Under the pieces are notes generated by a model. That model saw nothing but the letters and a program-made list of their open reading frames with translations. It had not been told where the DNA came from and made no database searches. The position numbers were made by a program, and so were the translations under genes. Shown here one piece after another: positions 11,201-20,273 of a stretch of 64,000 nucleotides of DNA. The stretch lies in IMG/VR virus record IMGVR_UViG_3300017917_002116, positions 1 to 64,000 of that record. The stretch is one strand, 5' to 3'. The stretch is from a virus. The number at the start of each line of letters is the position of its first letter. Within the stretch, counting starts at the first letter, position 1.

Positions 11201-14200
11201 GCCTTATTAAGAAGTAAGTTTCTTTTAAATAACTGGTATCCCTATATATTTCCGGCTGGTAGGAGGAAGCCAAACCTATCTTTGCTAGACTTGCAGGAAC
11301 CCTACTGTTGAACTCTGTGGGCCATTGTCTAATTATAATTTTAGAATTGGCTGCTGTTACAAGATTTGCAAGTACAGTATCTATCTCTATGCTTGTGTAA
11401 TAACCTTCAATATCACTGATTAACTTGTAGTCTTTATTTCTAGTTAGAATTTTATTATTCCATTCTAGATGTAGTAATGTTTCTTTACCTGCTTCAAAAC
11501 TTATGGGCTCTAATGGACTACTCAATGAGCAGACATTTGTGCCCACACAATCAAATTCAATGCCATATGATTCTGTCCCCCAACCCAGCATGTTACTGTG
11601 GTACCAGAATGTTCTATTGTCTGTCTGATTTAGATATATTTCTTGTAACGCAAAATCTATTAGGCTAAGTGCATTAATTTCGTTTACATCATATTTTTTA
11701 ACAACTTTATCGAATTCAGACATAAGTCTGTTCATAAATTGGTCGTAGTGTTTGGCCTGTTTTATTAGTAGCTCACCGAAATCAAAAGGCAAACTTGTGG
11801 CTACTAGTGCGGTTTTTGCTAATGGATTGTTATGTTTTAATAATGTTCCGCCATTAAATTGTTGGAGAACAAAAAATTTATCCTGTATAGGGTCTATAAT
11901 TTCTCTTGCATTTGGAGCGGCACTGTTAACATACATACCGTGTTGATACAAAGAGTAATAATTTATATCACTCAATGTCTGATTTAATGGATTAAGAGTC
12001 AGCGTGAACGGTGCTGTTTTATTCTTGACACCATCGTAGTCATCTTTATAATAAATGTATGACTCTAGGCCTAATTTATCACCCGTTTTAACCTTTTTAG
12101 CCAAATTAGCAGACCCTGTTAATTTCTGCATGTAGCTAACATCGCCCGTATAGTCTGTTGTGTCTGTGATAATAAAATCATAATCCTGATACACCGGACT
12201 TGTTTTATCTAGATAGTATGCACTTGTGATAAAACGCCATTTTTCTATTGGCTTGACTAACGCTGATCTGAATCTATTTCCATAGAACCATGCCAGCCTT
12301 GTATTATCTCTGGCATATGGATTTTCTACGTATTCTGCGCCTATATCATATGTATAATTTAGATTTAATGTTATTACACCATTTGTGATGCCATTGTTTG
12401 TCACAAAGGGCGAACCTAATACATTATATCTTGATATATTATTATCAACATCTATAGAAAATAATGTTAGTGGGCGTTCTAGGTTGTGACAGACGATCTT
12501 AAATTCACCATTAGAAATCAGAGGTAATAAAGATTCTGTCAAATAGGCTGCTTTTCTAGTGGTAAACGGTACTAGGCCATAACCCTCTAACTCAAAATAA
12601 AATTTTAATTCTTTATTTGTGCTAGGGTAAACATGTATAGTATCAAATCCATTGGTAGGTGGCATGATATCTGTTGACCAGGCCTCATCCTCATATAATT
12701 CTATTTGCAAATCTTGCAGTTGTGGTGTTGCGTCCAAGCCCTGTCTTGCTGTATAGAAAGGTACCAGCCTGTTTCCTATCTTATAACCGTAGGGACCTTT
12801 TATTTCCTCCAGGGTTAGACCGTCGTTTGTGTATCTTGTAAACGTTGAATCTATATCTGTACGAAATTTAATTTGGTTGGAACCAACTGTCATAGGGTTG
12901 GTTTCATCCACAACATCAAAATCTATATTACTAACTGATATATTTTTTTGCAGAATTGGATCATGCGTACTACCTGGCTTAAAGCCAAGTATTGCACCAC
13001 CGCGGAAATTTATATTAGATATACTCTCTATGGCTGTGCCGTCACTCTTGAAAAATTCAAACAAAGGAGTTTGATTGGCCTCTGTTTTGTTTTGCGCCAA
13101 TTGCCATTGATTATTTTTAAAAATGACCCTGTGATACAAATGATCACCGAGTGATGTTATTAGTGCACCATCATCTGTAACAGAATTTGCCACATTAGTA
13201 GCTGTTAAAGCAACGTCTGTATTTCCAAGAACATAAATTCCAGGGGTTCTAGCAAAAACAACTCTGTCACCACTGTTAACATAATAACCTACAGTGTCGC
13301 GTACATTCTTTTTACCTATGTAGTCATTAATACTTCCTGGTAATATACTTTTAATATCACCAAGGTCTCTTGTTGGCCAGTTCCATAATTTAATTCTTCT
13401 AAAAATACTAATAATAGGGCGCCTTGCCTGATTATCTGGTCTGGCCAGTTTGTCTACATCTACGTCAAGAAATTTTGCTACTCGTCTAATTATGGCAATG
13501 TGATACCAGCGATCAAACACGCTCCAGGGATTTAGATCTGGGCAGTATCTTTCCATTACCACATACTCTGGCATTTTTAATCTTAATGCGCTGCCATCCC
13601 ATACTTCGCTGTCCCATTTGATAGCAGGAGGATCATCGTATGCATCTACTTTATCCCATGGACGTTTCTTCAAATAACTGGTTGGGATTCTTTCGTCGTA
13701 ATCTGCTACCTTGAATAATTTAATTTGATCACCAACACCATAGACATAGAATGCAACCGGTTGATCAGGATCTTCAGATCTATACGCTTCTTCTTGATGA
13801 CCAGTGAAGCATATTTTCATACCATTAAATAATTCTAATTCTTTACCTGTGGTATCATCAACTATTGTTGCATATGGTTTGTTGATAATATCATTATTGA
13901 TGGAATATTTCATGGTTCCATCGGGATTGGGATTTGCGTGCAAACACAAGACTGGTAGATCAGAATCCATCCAGTAATAAAGCTGATAATCTGTTAATTT
14001 TCTATAATTGATTGGCAGATCTAATGTAAGGATGCCGTCATCTAATTGAGTACCGTCCTTTAATTCAAGGCCTTTTATTTTGAAGTAGTTTTCAATATCA
14101 ACGTATGATGTTTTAGAAATAAATTCACTATCACTATTTTTAGAAATTATGGCCATGCCCGCCATGGCCTCTCTTCTTACCTGATCTGTTTCTTCTTTAA

Positions 14201-14399
14201 AAAATGTATCTGATTGCGCTGGTGCTGTTCTCGTACCATACATTTCTTTAAATGGCAACAATTGACCCTTAGATGTCATGACATCCAAAGTGGAATCCAA
14301 CATCTTTTGATTGGGTTCTGTCTGTAATACGTTAGGCAATAACTTGTGGTTTTTTACCTTGCGTGGTTTAAGTTGTGCTGGCTTTTTACTAATGCTCAT
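5286..14399 (-). CDS. giant baseplate wedge / virion structural protein (3037 aa)
   Basis: very long ORF coupled (ATGA overlap) to the gp6-like gene; DTDRPHTHPWEMLG motif and WD-rich patches as in giant wedge proteins of RaK2/GAP32-type jumbo phages (recognition, not search). Confidence 0.75.
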   Translation of the reverse strand: MSISKKPAQLKPRKVKNHKLLPNVLQTEPNQKMLDSTLDVMTSKGQLLPFKEMYGTRTAPAQSDTFFKEETDQVRREAMAGMAIISKNSDSEFISKTSYVDIENYFKIKGLELKDGTQLDDGILTLDLPINYRKLTDYQLYYWMDSDLPVLCLHANPNPDGTMKYSINNDIINKPYATIVDDTTGKELELFNGMKICFTGHQEEAYRSEDPDQPVAFYVYGVGDQIKLFKVADYDERIPTSYLKKRPWDKVDAYDDPPAIKWDSEVWDGSALRLKMPEYVVMERYCPDLNPWSVFDRWYHIAIIRRVAKFLDVDVDKLARPDNQARRPIISIFRRIKLWNWPTRDLGDIKSILPGSINDYIGKKNVRDTVGYYVNSGDRVVFARTPGIYVLGNTDVALTATNVANSVTDDGALITSLGDHLYHRVIFKNNQWQLAQNKTEANQTPLFEFFKSDGTAIESISNINFRGGAILGFKPGSTHDPILQKNISVSNIDFDVVDETNPMTVGSNQIKFRTDIDSTFTRYTNDGLTLEEIKGPYGYKIGNRLVPFYTARQGLDATPQLQDLQIELYEDEAWSTDIMPPTNGFDTIHVYPSTNKELKFYFELEGYGLVPFTTRKAAYLTESLLPLISNGEFKIVCHNLERPLTLFSIDVDNNISRYNVLGSPFVTNNGITNGVITLNLNYTYDIGAEYVENPYARDNTRLAWFYGNRFRSALVKPIEKWRFITSAYYLDKTSPVYQDYDFIITDTTDYTGDVSYMQKLTGSANLAKKVKTGDKLGLESYIYYKDDYDGVKNKTAPFTLTLNPLNQTLSDINYYSLYQHGMYVNSAAPNAREIIDPIQDKFFVLQQFNGGTLLKHNNPLAKTALVATSLPFDFGELLIKQAKHYDQFMNRLMSEFDKVVKKYDVNEINALSLIDFALQEIYLNQTDNRTFWYHSNMLGWGTESYGIEFDCVGTNVCSLSSPLEPISFEAGKETLLHLEWNNKILTRNKDYKLISDIEGYYTSIEIDTVLANLVTAANSKIIIRQWPTEFNSRVPASLAKIGLASSYQPEIYRDTSYLKETYFLIRHDGTRHCLVDGVDADGNPFNHVERLLYEYEKAVWSSIARDVKFLDRTNLYKNMPGGFRATRLNRNEVKEISNNEMYSWMQDIQLYTLANTTYDALDPFTFIYQIGTGDDGNTVIGSWRAIYNYYYDTDRPHTHPWEMLGYTLKPEWWDTYYSWTDPVKRAALETALRMGNVAEPPTIDCKPWFARTRNLAAPEEFPVDADGNLLPPTDLTWLTPFIEQLDVDWAPGYYSPYEQVFLSTQRGLASLIKTVYLVNPTEYVNTHWVPGKTYVDEWGQVLDKTTEFWLTPKIEHDYHRSEKTDGTLNFTAGIESLYSEFCVLINKDFKTEVYDVLNNTIINKEFLLSGFTNKNSVRIQSTSANSQSVSLFIPEENYQVRTLNHYPEREEFYSAMRIVWNGRGWNVYGFTNEQTHFTYYAPNPITTISAIKVGDFVIKEKNSYIKTPLILRYGTEFTDRQKLYDFIIGYGKYLEDTGFVFDDVELGDLRNWQLSGKQFIFWSNDPLEPGNYIDLNPAADGIVIKTYNNQLYNLTGTDVNVGQVVDRFSKPIFSKDLLVSRDEPFRVRTKNTNNPIYGIKLVFVTYESMVYLDSRSIFNDTYFLPEQGTTKRSFILGGKKSQEWTGKYYVPGYAFVNLDLIPNYDTLAEAGRNLLDIENVLNDNKLLEASRAQFGLNRNPELRQLFLQESNEVLFKNAITYNKGTKQVFNSLEPLTHKDGSRTIPYEEYMVRTGEFGNTKNIEYYEFQLRTADMILEPQVIKFERDVMPNDKFIYIKDDSSRWVYRPYGKTLRFNTYNNNHSKLPTVGPVIQGDTDYIIKNLEDIDKLYPEYEPLWSIKHYDETATYKPNDLVRRDGKLYYSLTTVSPNTWTNNSDKFNNIEEPYLPNILVENYGAKNPDLSDEGFSRFTPGTWQVLQTVDREVGVVEACPGVVDTSKARIYTNKPHKLAVGDKIVLVNVETKTASLNGIWTVESLDADDPDRKFYINAYVSETIRAGKLFTLKPVRFKSLDDLDKANDDTGYAWKKKFNPLTNATGAGYIEPPLTASGYSSVHPIAIVDDTTGQKLDSTSYDFGNYSVVSVRDTDKLTVKSEALAVNPDNIEHLIVYDYFNNRTLLKIDLYDPKKLKLHDALVKDIDIISRVDPAKYNRTTDSFKSVYTSTGWYEEQVGKRWWDTSSIKFTDYESGELADRVKNWGSTVDSKLPDIYEWTRSNVHPSKWADQTDSGGEAYADTSTGKAQYSWVEEQEFDNGTITTVYYFWVKNKNKIPEESKQKRIYSTSQLSKILLNPDAAGLAWWAPISKDAIVIRGVENYLNNDSTVIQIKMKDKGEDKHQQWMFISENNPVCVIPEWMHIRFRDSLATFASYRATIDYESYNSSKTYNQSAFVRYNDKIYVAKRKTTGTWNSSAWQLIANVTILDNEKFAYVNSKRVPDDKNLHPFNRYGNEIRPYLQSWFVNVLEARRTFIKRVNELLINMDLVNTIDTWDRRIGSANYVFNNDTLDMTKMWYYADFVSTKYDKTKPIVLLVEKQAEIYHAEVATGEYIKVLELGVIYEKTVDGGFDVVYRKNGTIQFVKDLYDKISLGGWDIRPWDNIPWDYDLNSQLAIIVEALRHDIFVKGYEVNYNNMMCTMLRYVMSDQINVNWVIKASTIQPYNLIGQNFEDPKDLERDNIEVLKTFYNSVKSYRDKNRSGNINKSTLEPAEFNFEEIRNFNIRLRYDRHNYGTPEVIGTTVTGTNFVPVGWDDPGWDGSSPFVNENADIADSYADITWEATQADFDKYLQKIYQGYSGLPAGDVQLILQGSTKSKYYRTANDEEAMDARISDNMIIEVTQGSLHTIREHYVNNTMSAFILSNVVQLAAPVALTDTHIALTNMENVPDATTENPGVLWIGNERITYTIKTATGISGLIRGTLGTTFRDFYSMSQPVYIVNAQTILHDYTPLQSLNNQVPFYNDVGETLENSKNPIANKIVNYMGS

Positions 14400-17300
14400 T
14401 TTCCAATCCTGATATTGCTATCTGTGATTTCATTAATAACGATAACGTCGTTTATAGTGGCTACACTTGTTACTACTTCGTCCCTGTCTGGTTGAATCTG
14501 GAATAGAGTACCAAACTTTTCATCTACACTAATGGGCACTATAACCACGCTGTTTATATCTGTTTTAAGTTGATTATGTATGTAGGCTGCAAGTTCAGTA
14601 AAGTAGAAGGTTTCGCCAAAATCAAAGTTGCCAGGTTCAAAGAATTCGTCTATGGCATTTATTACTCTGCTTTTTACTTCATTGTCGGTTAGCTTGCTCT
14701 TTGGATGTTTTACTACTTTGAATTGTGCCTGAAACTCTGGCTCTGCAAGTAGACCAAACAAGGGCATAAATTTTGCAGGATGGAATATTACCTCATCTGT
14801 TAGCATTTTAAAATCACCCAGACGCCTAAAACTTGCTCTAAGTTCTTCTGTAGTCTGAGGCAGTGGAATATCCAATAACGGATTATTCTTTTTCTTCCAA
14901 CTTACAAAATCATTATTATAAGATTTAGTTAACACATATGTATCGATAATGTTTGTAAGGCTAGGATTTAATGTTTGACCGACTGGAGTTTTATGTTGCC
15001 ATTTAAATGGTAATGTCATTTTACCCGACACTGTCTTAACCGCACTCTCTGGCGTAGACAGCTCTGCAGGAACAAGATAGCTAAAATCACCTTCATCGAA
15101 TTCAACTAGATTAATCATTGAATCTTGAACAAAATCTGCAAATACTTCAGGATCATCTGGAATCAGGTCGCCGTCCAGATCAAGTAATGTAACTTTGACC
15201 TTAGAAGGATCAGTGTAGCCATCATTATAAACATAGTACCCTGTTATCTTAGCAGTCAAGGTAGTTGCAAATTTATTGTTGCTTAATGTAAGAACATTGA
15301 TTGTGTCTAGACTTCTTGTTTTGATAGATGTATTAAATGATGGAAGGAAATTAATGTTATAAAATCTAATTAAATTTTCACTACCAAACACATATTCTAA
15401 TTGTCTTGTTGTAATAGTCCAACCATCGCTTTCTCTTTCCACAACCATGAGCCATGCAGAGCTATCTGATGCTGTATCGTAATCTGCTGTTAAATCGACA
15501 TCTGCTATATCGATTATAGACCAGGCTGGAATTAGATTATTAAATTTTAACCCAAAAGATTGTTTTAGCTTGAGTTTTTCAAGTATAAGGTTTCTTACTG
15601 CGTCATCGAATGTTCTAGGAAAGGCCGGTAATATTTCTGTAATTAAATCTGTGGTTAAGATTGGTTTACTTAATTCCACAACACCGTTGCCGTTCAATAA
15701 ACGGCCAGTGTAATTACTATCAGCATCCTCTATTCCTAAACCATCCCCCTTGATGTCTATAATAGTAGTCCATTCGTATGTGTTATCTTCTTTGACTAAT
15801 TTTAGTAGTGCACCAGGTCTAACATTTCTAAGAGGGCCGGCGGTCGTAAATCCTAATTTTTGTGGTGTGGGATCGCCATTAGATAAAGAAATATATCCGT
15901 TACTACCATTAAGGTCATTGTATGCAACACGCCAACGGAAGTCTATTAACTTATAGATATAAGAATCTACAGGATGAAACTGTCTGCCTGTGCCGTACTT
16001 AGTTCTAACTACACCAACAAATTTATTATTAATGACGTTTGTATAACTAAAAACTTCTCCATTTATACTCAATAGTCCGCCATCTATATCAAAACTATCA
16101 TAAGGGTCTGTAGTATTAATAGACGTTGCTTGTATCTCTGCAGGCGTTACGTTTTGATTAATTGCCTCTGCTAATTTTGTTTTATAGATTGTGTCGCCAA
16201 TTTTTACTGTAGGTATGGTTGTTGTAGACAACGTACCCTTAAGGTCTAATTTACCATAATAAAAATCTAATAGGCCGACATCACTTAATCTGCGTTCTAT
16301 GTGTTCGTTTAATAGGTCAATAATTCTAACATTAGAGTTGTCTGCTATATAGGTACTGTTGATTCCTTCTTCTCTATAGATATAACCATCATCTGCAAAT
16401 TCTATTAGCGGCCTACTTTTGCCAGTTGGATCCTTAAGATCAACATAGCGTGTGTGGCCACTAAATGTTCTGTTCTCAGATTTTAACAACAAGATGTCAT
16501 TATTAAGTGATCGCATAAAACCATTGTAGTCGTCGCCGGTGACCATGCGATTTTTACTGTAAAATGCCTGTGGTGCATTTTGCTTGATTTCATCTAGAGA
16601 TTCCGCAGGTAGGCCTGTTACCATGTTTTCCTGCAACTCTAAGGTCATGTATAAGGTCTGTCTTGTGTTATTGTCATCAATGTAAGAAATTTCAAATGTA
16701 GTACCTGATATTTCCCCTGCCTTAACACGTACATAGGCGTTCTCTGCCTGTCTGTACCAATAGCGCAGAGTGCCAGTTGGTGCATTGGTAAAGTCACCAT
16801 CACCAAATTTAATGCTTGTTGTATCAGTGTCGCTGTAGATTATTTCATATAGATTTTTGTCTGTATTGCCGTATGAATTTGCAACAAGGTTGGTGTAGTC
16901 TAGAGTGTTAGCACGTTTCCAGGATGTTAAAATGTTTCCATTGGAATCTATAGTTTGAACATAATAATCTTCTTCGCTGATATCAGAAGTTGCAAAGATA
17001 TCAATAACAAGGTTAGCCACTGGTGTTGTTAGATCAACAGTATTTTGTTGTATAAAACCTTGTTTTGCAAAAATAAAGAATCCAGTTTTAGCACTGCCCA
17101 CGCCTTTGCCATCGTTTCTATACAAGGTAGAGAATGCAGCATTGTTGTCAGGTTCCTTTTGCACAATAGCACCATTTTGATCTAGTTGCAGAGGCAATAG
17201 GTCAAAATTTAAATTAAATCCGTCTGCGGTTGCAGATATAGGATAACTGATCAAAGGCTCAGAATTGTCAAAGTCGTATATTTCATATAACACACCTGTG

Positions 17301-17842
17301 TCTGAGTTAGACAGGCGTTGTACTGGTGTGCCAAATTGTGTGAGCTTGTTAAATGCAGAATTAATTACCTTGATAAAACGCTCGTATTCTATTTCGCTAG
17401 GATCTGAGCCCCAGAATATTGTTTGATTGGCAAGGTTGTTGCCTGTACTGTCTAATATCTGTTCTGTTGTTTGAACGGCAATAACCTTAATAAGACCCTG
17501 TGCAGGGCGAACACGCTTGGGCTTATAGCTCAACATGCGAGCTATACGCAACACACTTTCACGTTTTTCTGCTGTATCTAAAACGTTCTCCCTTGCGTTC
17601 AAGTCCATTCTAAACGCAAGGTTTTGTCCCACATATGCTACAAGATCAAGCAGTGCGACAAACTCACTGTTCTGAATATAGTCGTTGAATTCTTCAGGGT
17701 AGTTGGCCTGCATGTATGCCACCATGGCCTGTCGTAAGGTGTCGAAATCATAGCTGGCGAACTCTGCGTTCTTAAAGGTGGTGTATACCAAGGACCAGTC
17801 TTCTGCTCCGTATAAATTTTCTTGACGTATTGCTTTAGACAT
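14396..17842 (-). CDS. baseplate wedge subunit, T4 gp6-like
   Basis: N-terminal YDFDTLR...EEFNDY...LLDL.AY.GQNLAFR.DLNARE..LDTAE.RESV.R.ARMLSY.PKR; ESLDEIK.NAP..F...NRMVT..DY. Confidence 0.85.
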   Translation of the reverse strand: MSKAIRQENLYGAEDWSLVYTTFKNAEFASYDFDTLRQAMVAYMQANYPEEFNDYIQNSEFVALLDLVAYVGQNLAFRMDLNARENVLDTAEKRESVLRIARMLSYKPKRVRPAQGLIKVIAVQTTEQILDSTGNNLANQTIFWGSDPSEIEYERFIKVINSAFNKLTQFGTPVQRLSNSDTGVLYEIYDFDNSEPLISYPISATADGFNLNFDLLPLQLDQNGAIVQKEPDNNAAFSTLYRNDGKGVGSAKTGFFIFAKQGFIQQNTVDLTTPVANLVIDIFATSDISEEDYYVQTIDSNGNILTSWKRANTLDYTNLVANSYGNTDKNLYEIIYSDTDTTSIKFGDGDFTNAPTGTLRYWYRQAENAYVRVKAGEISGTTFEISYIDDNNTRQTLYMTLELQENMVTGLPAESLDEIKQNAPQAFYSKNRMVTGDDYNGFMRSLNNDILLLKSENRTFSGHTRYVDLKDPTGKSRPLIEFADDGYIYREEGINSTYIADNSNVRIIDLLNEHIERRLSDVGLLDFYYGKLDLKGTLSTTTIPTVKIGDTIYKTKLAEAINQNVTPAEIQATSINTTDPYDSFDIDGGLLSINGEVFSYTNVINNKFVGVVRTKYGTGRQFHPVDSYIYKLIDFRWRVAYNDLNGSNGYISLSNGDPTPQKLGFTTAGPLRNVRPGALLKLVKEDNTYEWTTIIDIKGDGLGIEDADSNYTGRLLNGNGVVELSKPILTTDLITEILPAFPRTFDDAVRNLILEKLKLKQSFGLKFNNLIPAWSIIDIADVDLTADYDTASDSSAWLMVVERESDGWTITTRQLEYVFGSENLIRFYNINFLPSFNTSIKTRSLDTINVLTLSNNKFATTLTAKITGYYVYNDGYTDPSKVKVTLLDLDGDLIPDDPEVFADFVQDSMINLVEFDEGDFSYLVPAELSTPESAVKTVSGKMTLPFKWQHKTPVGQTLNPSLTNIIDTYVLTKSYNNDFVSWKKKNNPLLDIPLPQTTEELRASFRRLGDFKMLTDEVIFHPAKFMPLFGLLAEPEFQAQFKVVKHPKSKLTDNEVKSRVINAIDEFFEPGNFDFGETFYFTELAAYIHNQLKTDINSVVIVPISVDEKFGTLFQIQPDRDEVVTSVATINDVIVINEITDSNIRIGK

Positions 17843-18219
17843 TATGCTTCAACCTCGGTGGCGATATCTCTCTGGTATACTGCCAGTAATTCGGTAATAG
17901 TGGAAGTAGGTATAAATTTTAATTGTATTGCTACTATAATAGTTTTTTCTGACTCTGAAACATCTGTTCTTAGAAGTTCAAGTCTAGGATCACGCTTGCA
18001 GATTCTTTCTGAATCTGATTTAATCATTTCAACAACATCAGGGGTCATAGGGTCAAATAGTAGGTCCCAGACTATGCTACCAAATTCAGGAGCCATGAGT
18101 CTTTCACCTTTTCTAGTATAAAATTCATTGAGTAAACCGCGCTTGACAAGCTCTATATCATATAGTTTAAAATTGCCATGCGTTTTATCAACGGTGCTAT
18201 AACCTCTAAATGTTCTCAT
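17842..18219 (-). CDS. gp25: baseplate wedge protein, T4 gp25-like
   Basis: LVKR.LLN.FYTRKGERLM.PEFGS..WDLLFDP...DPRLEL (GPW/gp25 motif). Confidence 0.9.
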   Translation of the reverse strand: MRTFRGYSTVDKTHGNFKLYDIELVKRGLLNEFYTRKGERLMAPEFGSIVWDLLFDPMTPDVVEMIKSDSERICKRDPRLELLRTDVSESEKTIIVAIQLKFIPTSTITELLAVYQRDIATEVEA

Positions 18220-18225
18220 AACAAT

Positions 18226-18231
18226 TATTTA
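18226..18231 (-). promoter_or_regulatory. late promoter (TAAATA) for the baseplate operon
   Basis: TAAATA 6 nt upstream of the gp25-like ATG. Confidence 0.6.
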
Positions 18232-18270
18232 TTTGGAAATAATATAAGTATTTAATGAACAGGAACTACT

Positions 18271-18486
18271 ATGAACAAAAATGATTGGACTACAAAAGGC
18301 CTACCTAGTCAGGTAATGGTCCTGTGTGAAAACAATAACAAAGCCATGCCGGCAGACGTAATCAGCATGAACGAAAAAGTCCTTGTCGCTGCCATACAGG
18401 GCGTCAAAATCACCCTAACCAATCGAAATAAAACTGGCGTATATGTGGGTAAAATGGGTGGTCTTGATTTAGTTTACAAGTCATAA
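18271..18486 (+). CDS. hypothetical protein
   Basis: 71-aa ORF with AGGA SD. Confidence 0.7.
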   Translation: MNKNDWTTKGLPSQVMVLCENNNKAMPADVISMNEKVLVAAIQGVKITLTNRNKTGVYVGKMGGLDLVYKS

Positions 18487-18546
18487 ATAGCCTTGCGGTC
18501 GTGCCAGAAAAGAACTTTCGCTAACAGCATGGCCAGGAGAATTACT

Positions 18547-19401
18547 ATGAAAAAATCGGTTCTCGGTGTTTTAATTGGTGCTGCCGTATTAACAGGTTGC
18601 GCCAGTACTGACTATAGGTTGTATGCTGAAACTCAACAGCGCATTGCCACTGCACAGGCCCAGGCGCATGCCGCGGCTGAAACAGCACGATACGCTGCCC
18701 TGGCAGAAATCGCTAAAAATGGCGATGCCACAGCAAGAGTCGCAGCGGCTATGAGTCTAAGTTTAGGCGGCGGCGCAGGTGGTGCCCATACTGCTCAGCA
18801 GGCAGTTAACGTTAACCCACCAAAGAGTTGGGGTGATACTGCATTGCAATGGACTAGTGTATTGTTACCTAGCACCGTGCAGGCCTTGGGCATCGCAGCC
18901 AACCAGAGGGTTGCTATTACCCAGAGTAACAATCAGGCTGCTATTGCACAAAGTACAAATTCTACATTTGCTACTATGAGTACAAACATGGCTAAGTCAA
19001 ATACAGACATTGCTAATGCAGGTTTGACTGCTACAACAACCACAGCGGCCAATGGCTTGACTGCTGCCACTGCTATTGCGAACAGCGGTTTAACTGCCGT
19101 TACTACTACTGCGGCCAATGGTTTAACTGCAACTTCTGCTACTGCGGCTGCTGGTATCACTGGTATTGTCACAACTAGCGCAAATGGTTTGACTGCTGCC
19201 ACCAATATTAGTAAGGATGCGAATACTGCAATTACCAATGTAAGTAACGCTGCCAATACTAGCATACAGACTCTGACAAATCAGATGAAAGAGTTGCAAC
19301 CTAATATTACGACTACAACTACAACTACTAATAACACTACCAATAATAATAATCTAACCTGTCCTGCAGGTAAGACATTAACTAACGGTAGTTGCGTTTA
19401 A
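18547..19401 (+). CDS. lipoprotein with Ala/Thr/Asn-rich 11-residue repeats
   Basis: AGGAG SD then MKKSVLGVLIGAAVLTG-C signal peptide with lipobox; repeats of xAxNGLTAxTx. Confidence 0.8.
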   Translation: MKKSVLGVLIGAAVLTGCASTDYRLYAETQQRIATAQAQAHAAAETARYAALAEIAKNGDATARVAAAMSLSLGGGAGGAHTAQQAVNVNPPKSWGDTALQWTSVLLPSTVQALGIAANQRVAITQSNNQAAIAQSTNSTFATMSTNMAKSNTDIANAGLTATTTTAANGLTAATAIANSGLTAVTTTAANGLTATSATAAAGITGIVTTSANGLTAATNISKDANTAITNVSNAANTSIQTLTNQMKELQPNITTTTTTTNNTTNNNNLTCPAGKTLTNGSCV

Positions 19402-19403
19402 TG

Positions 19404-19434
19404 AAAAAAAGGAGCCTAGGCTCCTTTTATTTTT
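19404..19434. terminator. bidirectional intrinsic terminator
   Basis: perfect palindrome aaaaggagcctaggctcctttt (19407-19428) with A/T tracts between convergent genes. Confidence 0.85.
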
Positions 19435-19972
19435 AGGCTACTGCTTGGCGTCTGTCTGGCATACCCAAGTATTCTGCCCATGCTGGGTCCCTATATACAT
19501 AGGGGCTCATTTCTTTGACGGCCTTGACCATTTGCCAATAATTGGGTTCGTGTGGTTTGGTCAGTGGTTCCATGACCCTGGCGCCTTTAAGCCAGTTGCA
19601 GGTTGCACAACAGGTAACCATGTTACTCCAACCACTGCCTCCACCTAGGCTTTTTGGTTTTACGTGGTCAAGGGTTAGATCCTTTGCTGTGAATCTGTCA
19701 CCACAATATTGGCAAGTATAGTTATCCCTAAGGTATACCATTTTACGATTGAACAGTACCCTGTGCTTGGGTCTGACGTATTTTTTAGTCATAACTATGC
19801 TAGGCACTGGCATTTCTAACTTCTGACTGCGTACTAACCAGTCGTCGTGATTTTTGATAACCTGCACCTTATTTAGAAAAACCAATTTGATTGCTGTCTG
19901 CCAGTCAATTACACTGGGAGGCAACAAACAGAGTGGTTGTCCGTCATAGTTTAATAGTAATGTATCGCTCAT
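19433..19972 (-). CDS. HNH endonuclease (McrA-like)
   Basis: RDNYTCQYCG...LTLDHVKPKSLGG...W.NMVTCC..CN..KG. Confidence 0.9.
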   Translation of the reverse strand: MSDTLLLNYDGQPLCLLPPSVIDWQTAIKLVFLNKVQVIKNHDDWLVRSQKLEMPVPSIVMTKKYVRPKHRVLFNRKMVYLRDNYTCQYCGDRFTAKDLTLDHVKPKSLGGGSGWSNMVTCCATCNWLKGARVMEPLTKPHEPNYWQMVKAVKEMSPYVYRDPAWAEYLGMPDRRQAVA

Positions 19973-19992
19973 GTTATATGATTATTTAAGCC

Positions 19993-20021
19993 TTGACAAA
20001 AAGTCAAAACCATTATATAGT
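19993..20021 (+). promoter_or_regulatory. sigma70-type early promoter, followed by a late TAAATA at 20024-20029
   Basis: TTGACA-17 nt-TATAGT upstream of the DUF465/fpr/desaturase/ACP operon. Confidence 0.8.
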
Positions 20022-20062
20022 GTTAAATATTATATGTCAATAACAACTTAGGAGTTCACAAC

Positions 20063-20272
20063 ATGGACATCGACTCAATTGACCATCACATCAGAACACT
20101 GACGAATCAGCACACTAAACTAGAGCGCGATTTGGATCAAATGCTTAAACAGAAAAGCTGGAACGAATACGATGCAGAAAACATCAAAAAGCAGAAATTA
20201 AAAGTCAAGGACGAATTGAGTAGAATGTATAGGTTGAGGCATGAAAAAATGAACGAAATAGAGTGGGATTAA
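20063..20272 (+). CDS. DUF465/YdcH-like small coiled-coil protein
   Basis: H..L...H..L+..L...(I/L)KKQKL.VKDE pattern; AGGAG SD. Confidence 0.7.
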   Translation: MDIDSIDHHIRTLTNQHTKLERDLDQMLKQKSWNEYDAENIKKQKLKVKDELSRMYRLRHEKMNEIEWD

Positions 20273-20273
20273 T

